Below, piece by piece: positions 19,429 to 29,263 of a DNA stretch of 64,000 nt. Position 1 is the stretch's first letter, and every line of letters starts with the position of its first letter. The notes below the pieces were generated by a model that was given only the letters and a program-made list of their open reading frames with translations, was not told the DNA's origin and made no database searches. This DNA comes from a virus, in IMG/VR virus record IMGVR_UViG_3300030380_006811, positions 32,001 to 96,000 of that record, one strand, 5' to 3'. The position numbers and the translations under genes are program-made.

Positions 19429-19983
19429 ATGTTAAAAATAGAAGAGAAAAAAATAAAAGTTAGTTGGGATGATGTTGAGGAAGCAGTAAAAAAATTATGT
19501 GATATTATCAAACCTGAAATAGATAATGTTTCCTCTATACATGGAATATCTAGAGGTGGGTTAATTCCTGCTGTTATGGTTTCACATAGATTAGGCCTTC
19601 CTTATGTAGATGTTCCTATTAAAAATACAATGGTAATAGATGATATTTGTGATAGTGGAGTTACATTAAGAGATTATAAAGCAACTTGGAAAGGAGCTTT
19701 ATGGTTTAAACCTAATACCTCATGTTTTACCCCAACTTGTTGGGCAGAAGAACATTTAGGAGATGAGTGGTTAATTTTTCCTTGGGAAAAGTCCAACTCA
19801 GAACCAATTCAGGATTATCTAAAAACAAAGGAATTTAAGGAATTTGCTGAAAATGAAGACAATTCTGTGGTTTGGCCCGAAGAAGATAGTAAATTACACA
19901 CTGTAGGAGGTTTAACTAACGATAAAGAAGGTTCTTTTATGGAATTTTTAAATAAAATTGATAAAAAAAATAAAAATGGGTAA
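19429..19983 (+). CDS. Purine phosphoribosyltransferase (Gpt-like)
   Basis: GISRGGLIPA, VIDDICDSGVT PRPP loop, WLIFPWE. Confidence 0.85.
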   Translation: MLKIEEKKIKVSWDDVEEAVKKLCDIIKPEIDNVSSIHGISRGGLIPAVMVSHRLGLPYVDVPIKNTMVIDDICDSGVTLRDYKATWKGALWFKPNTSCFTPTCWAEEHLGDEWLIFPWEKSNSEPIQDYLKTKEFKEFAENEDNSVVWPEEDSKLHTVGGLTNDKEGSFMEFLNKIDKKNKNG

Positions 19984-20527
19984 ACAATTAGAATTTTCAT
20001 ATCAATGGGAAAAATTAAAAGATGTCCCATTTGTAAACGAAGTAGAACAATTTAATGCCACATTTGGCAAACCAAATAATTATGAACCAACAATACCAGA
20101 AAAAAAGGAATGGCAATTCGTATACGACTTTGTACTTGAAGAACTGGAAGAATATCGACAGGCATGCGAAAACGGAAACATCGTGGAAGTTTTGGATGCT
20201 TTGTGTGATATTACTTATGTTTCCCTTGGGAACGGTACTATGTTACACGGTCTTAAGGATAAGATATGGCCAGCGTATCAAGAAGTACAAGCATCAAATT
20301 TATCGAAGTCTTGCAGCACTGAGAAAGAAGCCATGGAAACTGTCTCCGTCCGCTCTAAAGAACAAAATGAGCCATGTCACTATGAGAAAGTGGAGGAAAG
20401 ATTTGTAGTGTATAGAACACGAGATAAAAAAGTAATGAAATCAATTAATTATTTTAGACCTGACCTAACCCAATTTTTCACAGGAGATGAATTACAGAAA
20501 TTTCATAATACAAGCGCAGGGATCTAA
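19976..20527 (+). CDS. MazG-like nucleoside triphosphate pyrophosphohydrolase
   Basis: EELEE...EVLDALCDI.YV, EVQASNLSK. Confidence 0.8.
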   Translation: MGKQLEFSYQWEKLKDVPFVNEVEQFNATFGKPNNYEPTIPEKKEWQFVYDFVLEELEEYRQACENGNIVEVLDALCDITYVSLGNGTMLHGLKDKIWPAYQEVQASNLSKSCSTEKEAMETVSVRSKEQNEPCHYEKVEERFVVYRTRDKKVMKSINYFRPDLTQFFTGDELQKFHNTSAGI

Positions 20528-22236
20528 TGTATAAAAAATGTTATGCCACTAGATTAGGAAGTAATAAATATAAGATTCATTTATGGGACGAAGGTGGCTA
20601 TGATGAAATCGAATGGTATAATTGTGCTTATCAGGAATGTTCTAAAGAAGATAAACTATACACAGGTTTAGGAGGAGAACCACTTAGAAAAATTTATAAA
20701 TGGGATAAAAATACTCCTAATTTACACTTTCATGATATACCCCCTTATCAAAAATTTCTTATTGAAAAATATGGTATTGATGATAAACCATCTATAGGCC
20801 ATAGAGAATTATTTTTTGACATTGAGTGTGAAATTGGAGGAGCCTTAACAGAAGAATATATTGAAAGGGCTCCTATGCCTATTACAACAATAGCATATTG
20901 GGATAAAACTCCTGATAGTTGGGTTATTTTAGTTCGCGATGATAAAAATGAATTAAAACGAACTAAAGCAAAAAACAAAGAAATAGTCCCATGCAGAACA
21001 GAAAAAGAACTATTAGCTAAGTTTTTAGAACGTTTTAAAGAAATTGATCCTGATATTTTAATTGGATATAATAGTGACTTTTTTGATATACCCTACTTAT
21101 ATTATAGAATGTGTAATGTATTAGGTAAAGAGTGGGCTGATCAATTATCCCCAATTGGTAAAGTAAATGCTAAAAAGAATAATGAATATTTTTTTAAAAG
21201 AAATCAATTTGTAGATATTATTGGGGTCGAATCTCTAGATTATATTCGTTTACATAAAAAATACAGTTGGAAAGATGAACCAAGTTGGAAATTAGATGCT
21301 ATTGGTGAAAAATATGTAGGTGTAGGCAAAGTAGAGTATGAGGGAAATTTAGATCAGTTATTTAAAACTGACCTCCAAAAATATATTCAATATAACTTTG
21401 TTGATGTTGAAATATTAAAACTACTAGACGAAAAACTCCAGTACATTGCTTTAACTAAAAACTTATCCCATAAAGGAAAACATAATTATAGTGAAGTTTA
21501 TGCAAATAGTAAAACCCAAGATGGTGCAATTTCAGCTTATTTATTATCCCAAAATATAATCCCACCAGGTAAGGATCCTAATCCTAGAAGTAAAAAAGGA
21601 TATGCTGGTGGTTACCTTTTTTGCCCTAAAGCTGGATTGTACAAATATATGTTTGATGAGGATTTAACTTCACTATATCCATCTATTATAATGTCTTTAA
21701 ACATTGGTCGTGAAACATTTAAGGGACGTATCATAGATGCTGATGACCGCAATAATAGATTGGGTCTTAATGATTTAAAAGAACGTGATCAAGATGAAGA
21801 ATTATTAGTTGAAAATGTTAAAGGACAACAAACTAGAGTTAATGTTAGAAGATTAATTCGAATGGTTGAAGAAAACAATCTAACATTATCTGCTAATGGT
21901 TCTATGTTTACTACTGATAGACAATCAACTCTATCCACAGTATTAGATAAATGGTTTTCTGAACGTAAACTATATAAGGGCAAAATGAAAGAGGCATATA
22001 AAGCAGGTGATAAAGAAAAAGGTGCCTATTATCATTTAATGCAATATACAATGAAAATTTTACTTAATAGTTTATATGGTGCTACAGCTTTACCATCATT
22101 TAGATATGGATTAAGTTTATCTATATTAAGTGAAGCAATCACACTATCTGGTCACAGAATTATACAAGAATCGGCTCTATGCGCTAATAGACATATGAAT
22201 AAAGTTATGCGTGGGGATATAAAATTAAAAATATAA
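20527..22236 (+). CDS. Family B DNA polymerase, N-terminal part (exonuclease + motifs A, B)
   Basis: FDIECE, GYNSDFFDIPY, YNFVDV, DLTSLYPSII, KILLNSLYG; lacks DTDS. Confidence 0.92.
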   Translation: MYKKCYATRLGSNKYKIHLWDEGGYDEIEWYNCAYQECSKEDKLYTGLGGEPLRKIYKWDKNTPNLHFHDIPPYQKFLIEKYGIDDKPSIGHRELFFDIECEIGGALTEEYIERAPMPITTIAYWDKTPDSWVILVRDDKNELKRTKAKNKEIVPCRTEKELLAKFLERFKEIDPDILIGYNSDFFDIPYLYYRMCNVLGKEWADQLSPIGKVNAKKNNEYFFKRNQFVDIIGVESLDYIRLHKKYSWKDEPSWKLDAIGEKYVGVGKVEYEGNLDQLFKTDLQKYIQYNFVDVEILKLLDEKLQYIALTKNLSHKGKHNYSEVYANSKTQDGAISAYLLSQNIIPPGKDPNPRSKKGYAGGYLFCPKAGLYKYMFDEDLTSLYPSIIMSLNIGRETFKGRIIDADDRNNRLGLNDLKERDQDEELLVENVKGQQTRVNVRRLIRMVEENNLTLSANGSMFTTDRQSTLSTVLDKWFSERKLYKGKMKEAYKAGDKEKGAYYHLMQYTMKILLNSLYGATALPSFRYGLSLSILSEAITLSGHRIIQESALCANRHMNKVMRGDIKLKI

Positions 22237-22237
22237 T

Positions 22238-22531
22238 ATGGAAGATTTTTTAATAGGTTTAGGTTTATTACCAATTTTAATTTTAGTTAATTATGTTATT
22301 TTAACTTTATGTAAGTTTTTTCCTAAACATATCTTAGCAATGAGTGGAGTTATGATAGGATTAGATACTATTATGACTTTAGGTTATACTTTTACGGCTA
22401 AGACTTTTATTACTGACATTAAATTAATGGTAGGAGGAATAGGCCTGTCTATATTTGCAGCGTTAGCACATAAAGTTTTAACTTTTATAAAACAATTAGG
22501 TGAATTAAATAAACATGAAATAGGTAACTAA
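22238..22531 (+). CDS. 3-TM membrane protein
   Basis: Hydrophobic ORF between the polymerase halves. Confidence 0.6.
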   Translation: MEDFLIGLGLLPILILVNYVILTLCKFFPKHILAMSGVMIGLDTIMTLGYTFTAKTFITDIKLMVGGIGLSIFAALAHKVLTFIKQLGELNKHEIGN

Positions 22532-22797
22532 TGGCTTTAAGTAAACAATCAATAAGAAAATCAATGCATATTACTGCAAATGGTGATGAAATTCATAAAG
22601 ATGAACTTATCTTAATAAGTGAAGATTGGACTGAAGTCCAAGAGAATTTTTTTAGGAAAATGTTAAAACAAGGAGGACATTTTAGATTAAAAGGGGTTAA
22701 ATATATAGTAGAACTAGATAGATCCGCTGATACAAGATCAGATGGAAGTAGAGATAGTGGAGTCATTCAAATCCCTGGGGAAGACAGCAAATTTTAA
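22531..22797 (+). CDS. Hypothetical protein
   Basis: TAATG-coupled ORF. Confidence 0.65.
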   Translation: MALSKQSIRKSMHITANGDEIHKDELILISEDWTEVQENFFRKMLKQGGHFRLKGVKYIVELDRSADTRSDGSRDSGVIQIPGEDSKF

Positions 22798-22800
22798 GGT

Positions 22801-23547
22801 ATGAAAATAATTGAAATACAAGCCATAAGAAGATCAGGACATCACGCCTTCGCTAATTGGTTAATTAATAATTTATTAGACACAGATGGCAGTATTGGTT
22901 ATTGTACTGATAAGTATAATATTATTAATGATGGTGAAGTATTATGGGTTAATGAAGCTGAATATGATTTGAATCAAACTAAAAAAGTAATTTCAATAAA
23001 TAAACCAAATTATGTTTTTCTTACTTATGAAGTATTTCTTTATAAACATAATAGTAATTCCAAACCACATGTTAAGGATAATATAAATAGTTTAATATTA
23101 ACCCCTTATTTAGAAAAAAAATGGGGAGTAACAAGTTATCATAACTATTCATTTGTTAGAGAATTTTGGAATAATTTTGCTTCATTATTTACATTATTTC
23201 CTTTTTATCAAGAAGGGAATAAAAATGATGAAGTTCAACAGTGGGTTAATTACTATAAAACTTCTTTAAAGTATAATTATGAAACTAATGGTGGTGTTTT
23301 TGATTTGTGGATTCAAAATAGCGAATATGCCAATGAAATTTCTAATTACCTAATTAATAAAGACAATAAATTAAACCCCTTAAACATAACAGGAACGAAA
23401 TCATCATTTAAAAATTCTGAATTAACAGTAAAAAATTTGTTAAATAGAAGCCAACTTATTACCTTCCCAGATTGGTTTATAGAAATGGTTAACTCAGATG
23501 AGGAATTATTAGAACTTTTAAGTAAACAACAATTATTAATATGCTAG
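22801..23547 (+). CDS. Sulfotransferase-like P-loop protein
   Basis: N-terminal IRRSGHHA resembling the 5'-PSB loop. Confidence 0.45.
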   Translation: MKIIEIQAIRRSGHHAFANWLINNLLDTDGSIGYCTDKYNIINDGEVLWVNEAEYDLNQTKKVISINKPNYVFLTYEVFLYKHNSNSKPHVKDNINSLILTPYLEKKWGVTSYHNYSFVREFWNNFASLFTLFPFYQEGNKNDEVQQWVNYYKTSLKYNYETNGGVFDLWIQNSEYANEISNYLINKDNKLNPLNITGTKSSFKNSELTVKNLLNRSQLITFPDWFIEMVNSDEELLELLSKQQLLIC

Positions 23548-23927
23548 TAGAAATATCAAATGGAGAGTTATTAGATAAAGTTTCAATATTAGAGCTAAAA
23601 ATGCTTAAAATTGAAGATAAAGAAAAATTAGTCAATATTCAAAAAGAATTTGATACATTAAATCCTTTAGCTAAAGAATTATTTGAGCAATTTGGAGGTC
23701 AACTACAAAATCATTATCTTGAGTTGGCTCGTATAAATGGGTTATTATGGGATATAGAAGATTGGATTAGAGATTGTGAACGTGAAAAGAGATTTGATGC
23801 AGAATTCACTCAGTTAGCTAGATCAGTTTATGTTACTAATGACCAAAGAAGTGAAGTTAAAAAACTTATTAATATTATGACTAAATCAGGTTTAGTAGAA
23901 GAAAAATCATATAAAGATTATAAATGA
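23541..23927 (+). CDS. DUF6165-like protein
   Basis: ISNGELLDK..IL, LWDIED.IR, LARSVY.TND.R...K..IN. Confidence 0.75.
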   Translation: MLVEISNGELLDKVSILELKMLKIEDKEKLVNIQKEFDTLNPLAKELFEQFGGQLQNHYLELARINGLLWDIEDWIRDCEREKRFDAEFTQLARSVYVTNDQRSEVKKLINIMTKSGLVEEKSYKDYK

Positions 23928-24880
23928 AGCATTTAGAGGAAACACCTTGGTTTATTTGTGATAAGAATGATGAGAATTATTGTGCTTATGTAGATACTGA
24001 TTCTAATTATTTTAATGCAGAGCCTATTCTAAAACATTTATATCCTGATTTTGAATCACTCTCAGATGAAGAAAAAGATAAGAAATTAGAAGGTGTAGCC
24101 TTAGCATATCAAGATATTATTACTGAACATTATGATAATTTAGCTACTAATTGTTTTAATGTTAAACAATTTGAGTGGTTTGATAAACCTCATTGGCTTG
24201 AAATGAAAACTGAATGTGTAATCAGATCAGCTTATTTTAGAGCAACTAGAAGATATGCCCAATGGATTACTAAACAAGAAGGTATTGCTAAAGAAACTTT
24301 AGATATTAAAGGTCTAGAGTTTATGAAAGCAAATTTTCCACCTATTTTAGGAGATTTCTTTAATAATATTTTACAACAAGTACTTAAAGGAGAACAACAT
24401 AAAAGCATCATTGACCAGATTAAAGTATTTAAAACTCAAATTTTAGATGGAACTATCCCCTTGGCAAAACTAGGTAACCCTACTGCTGTAAAAAAACTAG
24501 ATAAATATAGTGGCAAAAGTGCCCGTGCAGGTGAAATGTTTACTGAAATATTAAAAGGTGCCCCTGCTCCAGTAAGGGCAGCTATTCGTTATAATGATTT
24601 ACTTAGATTATGGCAATTAGATAGAAAATATAATCTAATTACAATGGCTGATAAAGTAAAATGGATCTATTTAAAAGATAACCCCTATAAAATAGAGGCA
24701 TTAGCATTCTTTGATTATGAAATGCCAGATAAAGTAGTTGATTTTTTAGATACTTATGCTGATAGACAAAAAGTATTTGATTCAATATTATTAAATAAAC
24801 TAGAGGGATTTTTTAGTGATTTAGGTTGGTCATTAAATTTAAATCCTTATGTAAACGCTTTAAAATCGTTTGAAATTTAA
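23924..24880 (+). CDS. Family B DNA polymerase, C-terminal part (motif C, thumb)
   Basis: YVDTDS, EMKTE, RRYA, IKGLE. Confidence 0.9.
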   Translation: MKHLEETPWFICDKNDENYCAYVDTDSNYFNAEPILKHLYPDFESLSDEEKDKKLEGVALAYQDIITEHYDNLATNCFNVKQFEWFDKPHWLEMKTECVIRSAYFRATRRYAQWITKQEGIAKETLDIKGLEFMKANFPPILGDFFNNILQQVLKGEQHKSIIDQIKVFKTQILDGTIPLAKLGNPTAVKKLDKYSGKSARAGEMFTEILKGAPAPVRAAIRYNDLLRLWQLDRKYNLITMADKVKWIYLKDNPYKIEALAFFDYEMPDKVVDFLDTYADRQKVFDSILLNKLEGFFSDLGWSLNLNPYVNALKSFEI

Positions 24881-24980
24881 AATAAAATTCGTATATTATG
24901 TTAGGATTATGGGATGCAGTAGTAGTGGTTATATTTGTAATATCATTACCAAAAATAATTGAAGCATTTAAAAAAAGAAA

Positions 24981-25706
24981 ATGATAAGTAAACAACAATT
25001 AAGTTCAGTTATTTCAAAGTATTATTTAAATGGTTTGAATAATCAAGTAAAGTGGAGAATTAAAGATAATACACTTACAATTTATGCTGGTGAAGCAGGT
25101 AGAGTGTGTAGGGTAGTAGCTAATAATTTCCCTTTAGAAGACTCAGAGTTAGGGGTATTTGATACAAATAAATTAAATAAATTATTATCTATTACAAATG
25201 GTGATTTATTAGTATCATTAGAAAAAATGAAGGCAATTTATACTAAAATGCACATTCAGGATTCTAATTTTGATTTAACTTATTCACTAGCTGATACTTT
25301 AATTTTAGGTAAAAATACTTGGTATGATGACCCCGATACATGGGATATAGATCTAAAATTAGAAAATGAAGATGTAGATTCATTAATTAAAGCTAAAAAT
25401 GCTTTAGGTGATGTGAATTCAATGTTAATCACTACAACTAATGATTTTGATGGTAATAATATTTGTGAATTTATTTTTGGTGATAATACAGGATTTTCTA
25501 ATAAAATTACTTACCAAGTAAATGGAGGGGAAATAAAAGACAATACCTTAAGTATTCCATTTAATTCTGATATATTTAAAGATATATTAAATAATAATAA
25601 AGATATGGATAGTTGTTCTTTAAAACTATCAAATACGGGGATATTAAAAATAGAATTTGAATCCGAAGATATTAAAAGTGAATATTTTGTCGCAAGAAAC
25701 GAATAA
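24981..25706 (+). CDS. Sliding clamp (gp45/PCNA-like)
   Basis: 241 aa, clamp-like beta pattern, between polymerase and clamp loader. Confidence 0.7.
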   Translation: MISKQQLSSVISKYYLNGLNNQVKWRIKDNTLTIYAGEAGRVCRVVANNFPLEDSELGVFDTNKLNKLLSITNGDLLVSLEKMKAIYTKMHIQDSNFDLTYSLADTLILGKNTWYDDPDTWDIDLKLENEDVDSLIKAKNALGDVNSMLITTTNDFDGNNICEFIFGDNTGFSNKITYQVNGGEIKDNTLSIPFNSDIFKDILNNNKDMDSCSLKLSNTGILKIEFESEDIKSEYFVARNE

Positions 25707-26082
25707 AAAACCTGATATGTATGCTGAAGATAAGGCAATTATGCCTTATGGTGATAGTGTAGCTGCTCCCAAAATAGAATTAGAAGATACTAATTCGTGG
25801 GTTGCAAAACAAACCGTTGATGTAAATAATTATTTAGCAACCAAATTCAAAGAATTAAAAGAAGAATATGCTAAACTTATTGCTTTATATAAGTGGAATG
25901 AACTTGTAAATAAAGCAGATTTTAGTTTTATCCCCGTTAAGGGGCATATTTATTTTCTTTATCAAAGAGAAAATGGAAATTTATTCTTATCATTAATTGA
26001 ACCTGAATTCTGGAATCAACTTTATGTAGGATCAGTAAAATTAGATTCAGATAATAAATGGATAAAAGTTGAAGATAGGTAG
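25657..26082 (+). CDS. DUF2452-like protein (start uncertain)
   Basis: F.P..GHIYFLYQR....FLSLIEP..W. Confidence 0.65.
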   Translation: MNPKILKVNILSQETNKKPDMYAEDKAIMPYGDSVAAPKIELEDTNSWVAKQTVDVNNYLATKFKELKEEYAKLIALYKWNELVNKADFSFIPVKGHIYFLYQRENGNLFLSLIEPEFWNQLYVGSVKLDSDNKWIKVEDR

Positions 26083-26130
26083 GAATATCAATTTTCCTTT
26101 TTTATATTATATGTATAATAAATAAACACT

Positions 26131-26653
26131 TGTAGCTAGGGCACATTGTTATATTTTTGTTTAATCGAGTTAGCTTAGGCGCTCACAATATAAAATGATA
26201 TGAGTACATTAGAAATCTTTGAAAGGCATATAAGTCCTTTCGATATCCTATTTAGGAATCACTTTAAATCTGACAGCGTATTTAATCCTGTCGCCAATTC
26301 AAAACAACCACACCCCCTTAATATATTCTTTGATGATCAAGGACTTCACTTTGAAGTTGCCTGTACTGGGTTAACTAAAAAAGATGTAATTTTAGACATT
26401 GAAGGCGATATATTAAAAATAAGTTATAAAAAACCAGAAGAAGAAAAGTTTCATGAAGGAACTATTCATAATGGTTTATCTAAAAAATCATTTGATTTAA
26501 GATACAAAATTGCTCCTAAATTTGATTTAGGACAAACCGATGCATCTTTAACAAATGGATTATTAGAAATTTTTATACCTTTAGCTGAGGAAGCTAAACC
26601 AAAAACAATCAAAATTAAGTAATAAGTTTTATTAAAATATGTGTCCTAGCACA
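26131..26653. repeat. Inverted repeat pair bracketing hsp20
   Basis: GCTAGGGCACAT (26135-26146) pairs with ATGTGTCCTAGC (26639-26650), one G-U. Confidence 0.7.
26200..26622 (+). CDS. Small heat-shock protein Hsp20
   Basis: Alpha-crystallin domain, NGLLEIFIP, C-terminal IKI. Confidence 0.9.
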   Translation: MSTLEIFERHISPFDILFRNHFKSDSVFNPVANSKQPHPLNIFFDDQGLHFEVACTGLTKKDVILDIEGDILKISYKKPEEEKFHEGTIHNGLSKKSFDLRYKIAPKFDLGQTDASLTNGLLEIFIPLAEEAKPKTIKIK

Positions 26654-26669
26654 TTGTTTTTCGTATATT
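26640..26669 (+). promoter_or_regulatory. Early-type promoter variant
   Basis: TGTGT-N17-CGTATATT. Confidence 0.6.
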
Positions 26670-26698
26670 CACGTTACAAATTATAAACTAAGTTATAT

Positions 26699-27016
26699 AT
26701 GACTACTAAAAGAAAATCTATCCAAACTATAAAGGATCCATTATTAGAACCTTATTTCATTACTAAAGATGAATATAGCTATACAGTTAAAGAAACGGTT
26801 ACCTCAAATGTTGATCACTTTAGATCTAATGGTAAAAGTAAAACTTATGAAAAATCTTTATACTACTTCCCTCAGTTTGATCAGGCTGTAAATAAAATTG
26901 CAGAATTAAAAAATACAAAAAAGGATTTTAATAGTCTTAATGAATATATTGAAAATTACAAATTAATAAGAAACCAAATTAAAAATTATACAAATGGAAT
27001 TAGAAGCACTGTTTGA
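26699..27016 (+). CDS. Hypothetical protein
   Basis: ORF track. Confidence 0.65.
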   Translation: MTTKRKSIQTIKDPLLEPYFITKDEYSYTVKETVTSNVDHFRSNGKSKTYEKSLYYFPQFDQAVNKIAELKNTKKDFNSLNEYIENYKLIRNQIKNYTNGIRSTV

Positions 27017-27362
27017 TGCAGTTATAGTTAAACCTCAAGAAATAGAAGAAACCACTTATGGATCTATTATTGTTCCTGATATTGGGAAGGATAGAAATGA
27101 GCACGGTACAGTAATAGCTGTTGGTCCAGGAAGACCAACCCAAATGGGGGGATTTATAGAAACCACAGTTAAACCTGGGGATAAAGTAATATTACCTACT
27201 GTTGGTTTTACAAAACTTCAACATGAAGGAGACGAATATTATATAGGCCCAGAAAACCAAATTTTAGCCAAAGTAAAACAAAAAATACAAGTTTCGGAAT
27301 TATTGGAAGAAACTAAAGAAACATTAACTGAAGAAGAAATTAAAGATTTATCAAATGAGTAA
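26994..27362 (+). CDS. groES: Co-chaperonin GroES
   Basis: GSIIVPD, GTVIAVGPG, VKPGDKV. Confidence 0.9.
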   Translation: MELEALFDAVIVKPQEIEETTYGSIIVPDIGKDRNEHGTVIAVGPGRPTQMGGFIETTVKPGDKVILPTVGFTKLQHEGDEYYIGPENQILAKVKQKIQVSELLEETKETLTEEEIKDLSNE

Positions 27363-28977
27363 ACAAGTTGTTTTAGGTTCTGAAGCAAGAACCAATTTAG
27401 TAAAAGGAATTGATATATTAGCAGATGCGGTAGTATCAACATTAGGCCCAAATGGTAGAAATGCAGTTATAGCAAACGATCAGGGTGCTCCACAATCTAC
27501 TAAAGATGGAGTTACAGTTGCAAAATCAATTTCATTAAAGGATCCTAACCAAGAATTAGGAGTTCAATTAGTAAAACAAGCTGCAATTAAAACAGCTGAA
27601 AAAGCAGGTGATGGTACTACAACATCTACTTTATTAGCTAGAGAAATGATTAAAGCAGGATTAACAGCTTTAAATAATAATGAAAATGCAGTTCAAATTA
27701 AAAGAGATATAGATGCTACTGTTAAAGAGGTAGTCAATAATCTAAAAAATAATATTGCGGAAGATATTTCAGGTGAGGAACAATTAGAACAAATCGCTAC
27801 AATATCAGCAAATAATGATCCTGAAACTGGAAAATTAATTGCTACTGCAATAGAAAAAGTTGGAATGGAAGGGGTTGTCCACATAGAAGAATCTCGTACA
27901 GGTGAAACCTACTTAGAAACTGTTGAAGGGTTACAGTTTGATCGAGGTTATAAATCACCTTATTTTGTTACAAATAACAATACTATGACTGCCACACTGG
28001 ACAATCCCTTAATTCTAATAGCAGATCAAAAAATAACCCAAGTAAAAGAACTATTGCCTATTTTAGAGAGTGTATCTTCACAAGCAAAATCTTTATTAAT
28101 TATTGCTGAAGATATTGATAATGAAGCACTAGCAACTCTTATTGTTAATAAAATGAGAGGTACAATGAAAGTATGTGCTGTTAAAGCTCCTGATTTTGGT
28201 GATAGAAGAAAATTAGTTCTAGAAGATATAGCAATTACAACTGGTGGTCAAGTCTTTAGTAAAGAAAAAGGAATGAGGTTTGATAAATTTAGTTGGGAAT
28301 GGTTTGGTGAAGCTAGAACAGCAACAATAGGTAAAGAACAAACAACAATAGTAGATGGAAAAGGAACAGTTGAATCAATTGAAACACGTATTGAAGAACT
28401 ACAGCAACAAATCGACAAAGCAACAACGCCGTTCGAAGTCGAAAAACTCCAAGAAAGACTGGCAAAATTCGTCGGAGGAGTAGCTATAATTCATGTAGGA
28501 GGAAATACAGAAACTGAAATGAAAGAGAAAAAAGATAGAGTTGATGACGCATTACACGCAACAAGAGCTGCTATCGAAGAAGGAATAGTGCCCGGAGGAG
28601 GAACGGCATTATTATATGCCTCTAGTGGCATAAAAGCTAATACAACAGGTGCACAAATTGTAGTTGAAGCATGTGCTAAACCTTTTAACCAAATTTTAGT
28701 TAACGCTGGATATGATGAAGTAAAAGGACAAATTTTAGCTGATAATTTAGTTAATTCTGGTAATGATACTTGGGCAGGATTTAATATTAAAACTGAAGAA
28801 GTAGTTGATATGAAAGAAGCAGGTATTATTGATCCTACTAAAGTAGCTAGAACAGCATTACAAAATGCAGCATCAGTAGCAGGTACAGTTTTATTAACTG
28901 AATGTACAGTAGTAGATGAACCAAGTGAAGATTCAAAACAACCACAAATAGATCCATCAATGATGGGGATGATGTAA
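27355..28977 (+). CDS. groEL: Chaperonin GroEL
   Basis: TLGPNGRN, TKDGVTVAK, AGDGTTT, FDRGY.SPYF, GIIDPTKV, GM-rich tail. Confidence 0.97.
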   Translation: MSKQVVLGSEARTNLVKGIDILADAVVSTLGPNGRNAVIANDQGAPQSTKDGVTVAKSISLKDPNQELGVQLVKQAAIKTAEKAGDGTTTSTLLAREMIKAGLTALNNNENAVQIKRDIDATVKEVVNNLKNNIAEDISGEEQLEQIATISANNDPETGKLIATAIEKVGMEGVVHIEESRTGETYLETVEGLQFDRGYKSPYFVTNNNTMTATLDNPLILIADQKITQVKELLPILESVSSQAKSLLIIAEDIDNEALATLIVNKMRGTMKVCAVKAPDFGDRRKLVLEDIAITTGGQVFSKEKGMRFDKFSWEWFGEARTATIGKEQTTIVDGKGTVESIETRIEELQQQIDKATTPFEVEKLQERLAKFVGGVAIIHVGGNTETEMKEKKDRVDDALHATRAAIEEGIVPGGGTALLYASSGIKANTTGAQIVVEACAKPFNQILVNAGYDEVKGQILADNLVNSGNDTWAGFNIKTEEVVDMKEAGIIDPTKVARTALQNAASVAGTVLLTECTVVDEPSEDSKQPQIDPSMMGMM

Positions 28978-28993
28978 AATAATTTCGTATATT

Positions 28994-29263
28994 ATGGCTA
29001 CAAAGATTGAAGAAAAAAACATATTAATTGCTAGGAGAGTACCACCTGGTGATAAATGGAGATTAGTCGCAAATGAACCAGATGGTCCTGTACATAAGTC
29101 TTTAACTGATACTTTAGAGGCTTATATGGTAAAAACTGGATTTAAAGGGCATTATAGATTAGAACCATTAAAAAGTAGTTTATATGCAATTGATTCTAAG
29201 GAAACAGAAGTAATACCAGAACCAGAAAAGAAATATAGCATTTATGGAGAATATGGATCATAG
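28994..29263 (+). CDS. Hypothetical protein
   Basis: ORF track. Confidence 0.65.
   Translation: MATKIEEKNILIARRVPPGDKWRLVANEPDGPVHKSLTDTLEAYMVKTGFKGHYRLEPLKSSLYAIDSKETEVIPEPEKKYSIYGEYGS

Noticed and set aside
22237-23923. Intron or split intein in polB
   Set aside because: The gap is filled by four ordinary coupled ORFs; no intein terminal motifs, homing endonuclease or structured intron core visible
26083-26199. CIRCE operator before heat-shock genes
   Set aside because: No TTAGCACTC-N9-GAGTGCTAA match
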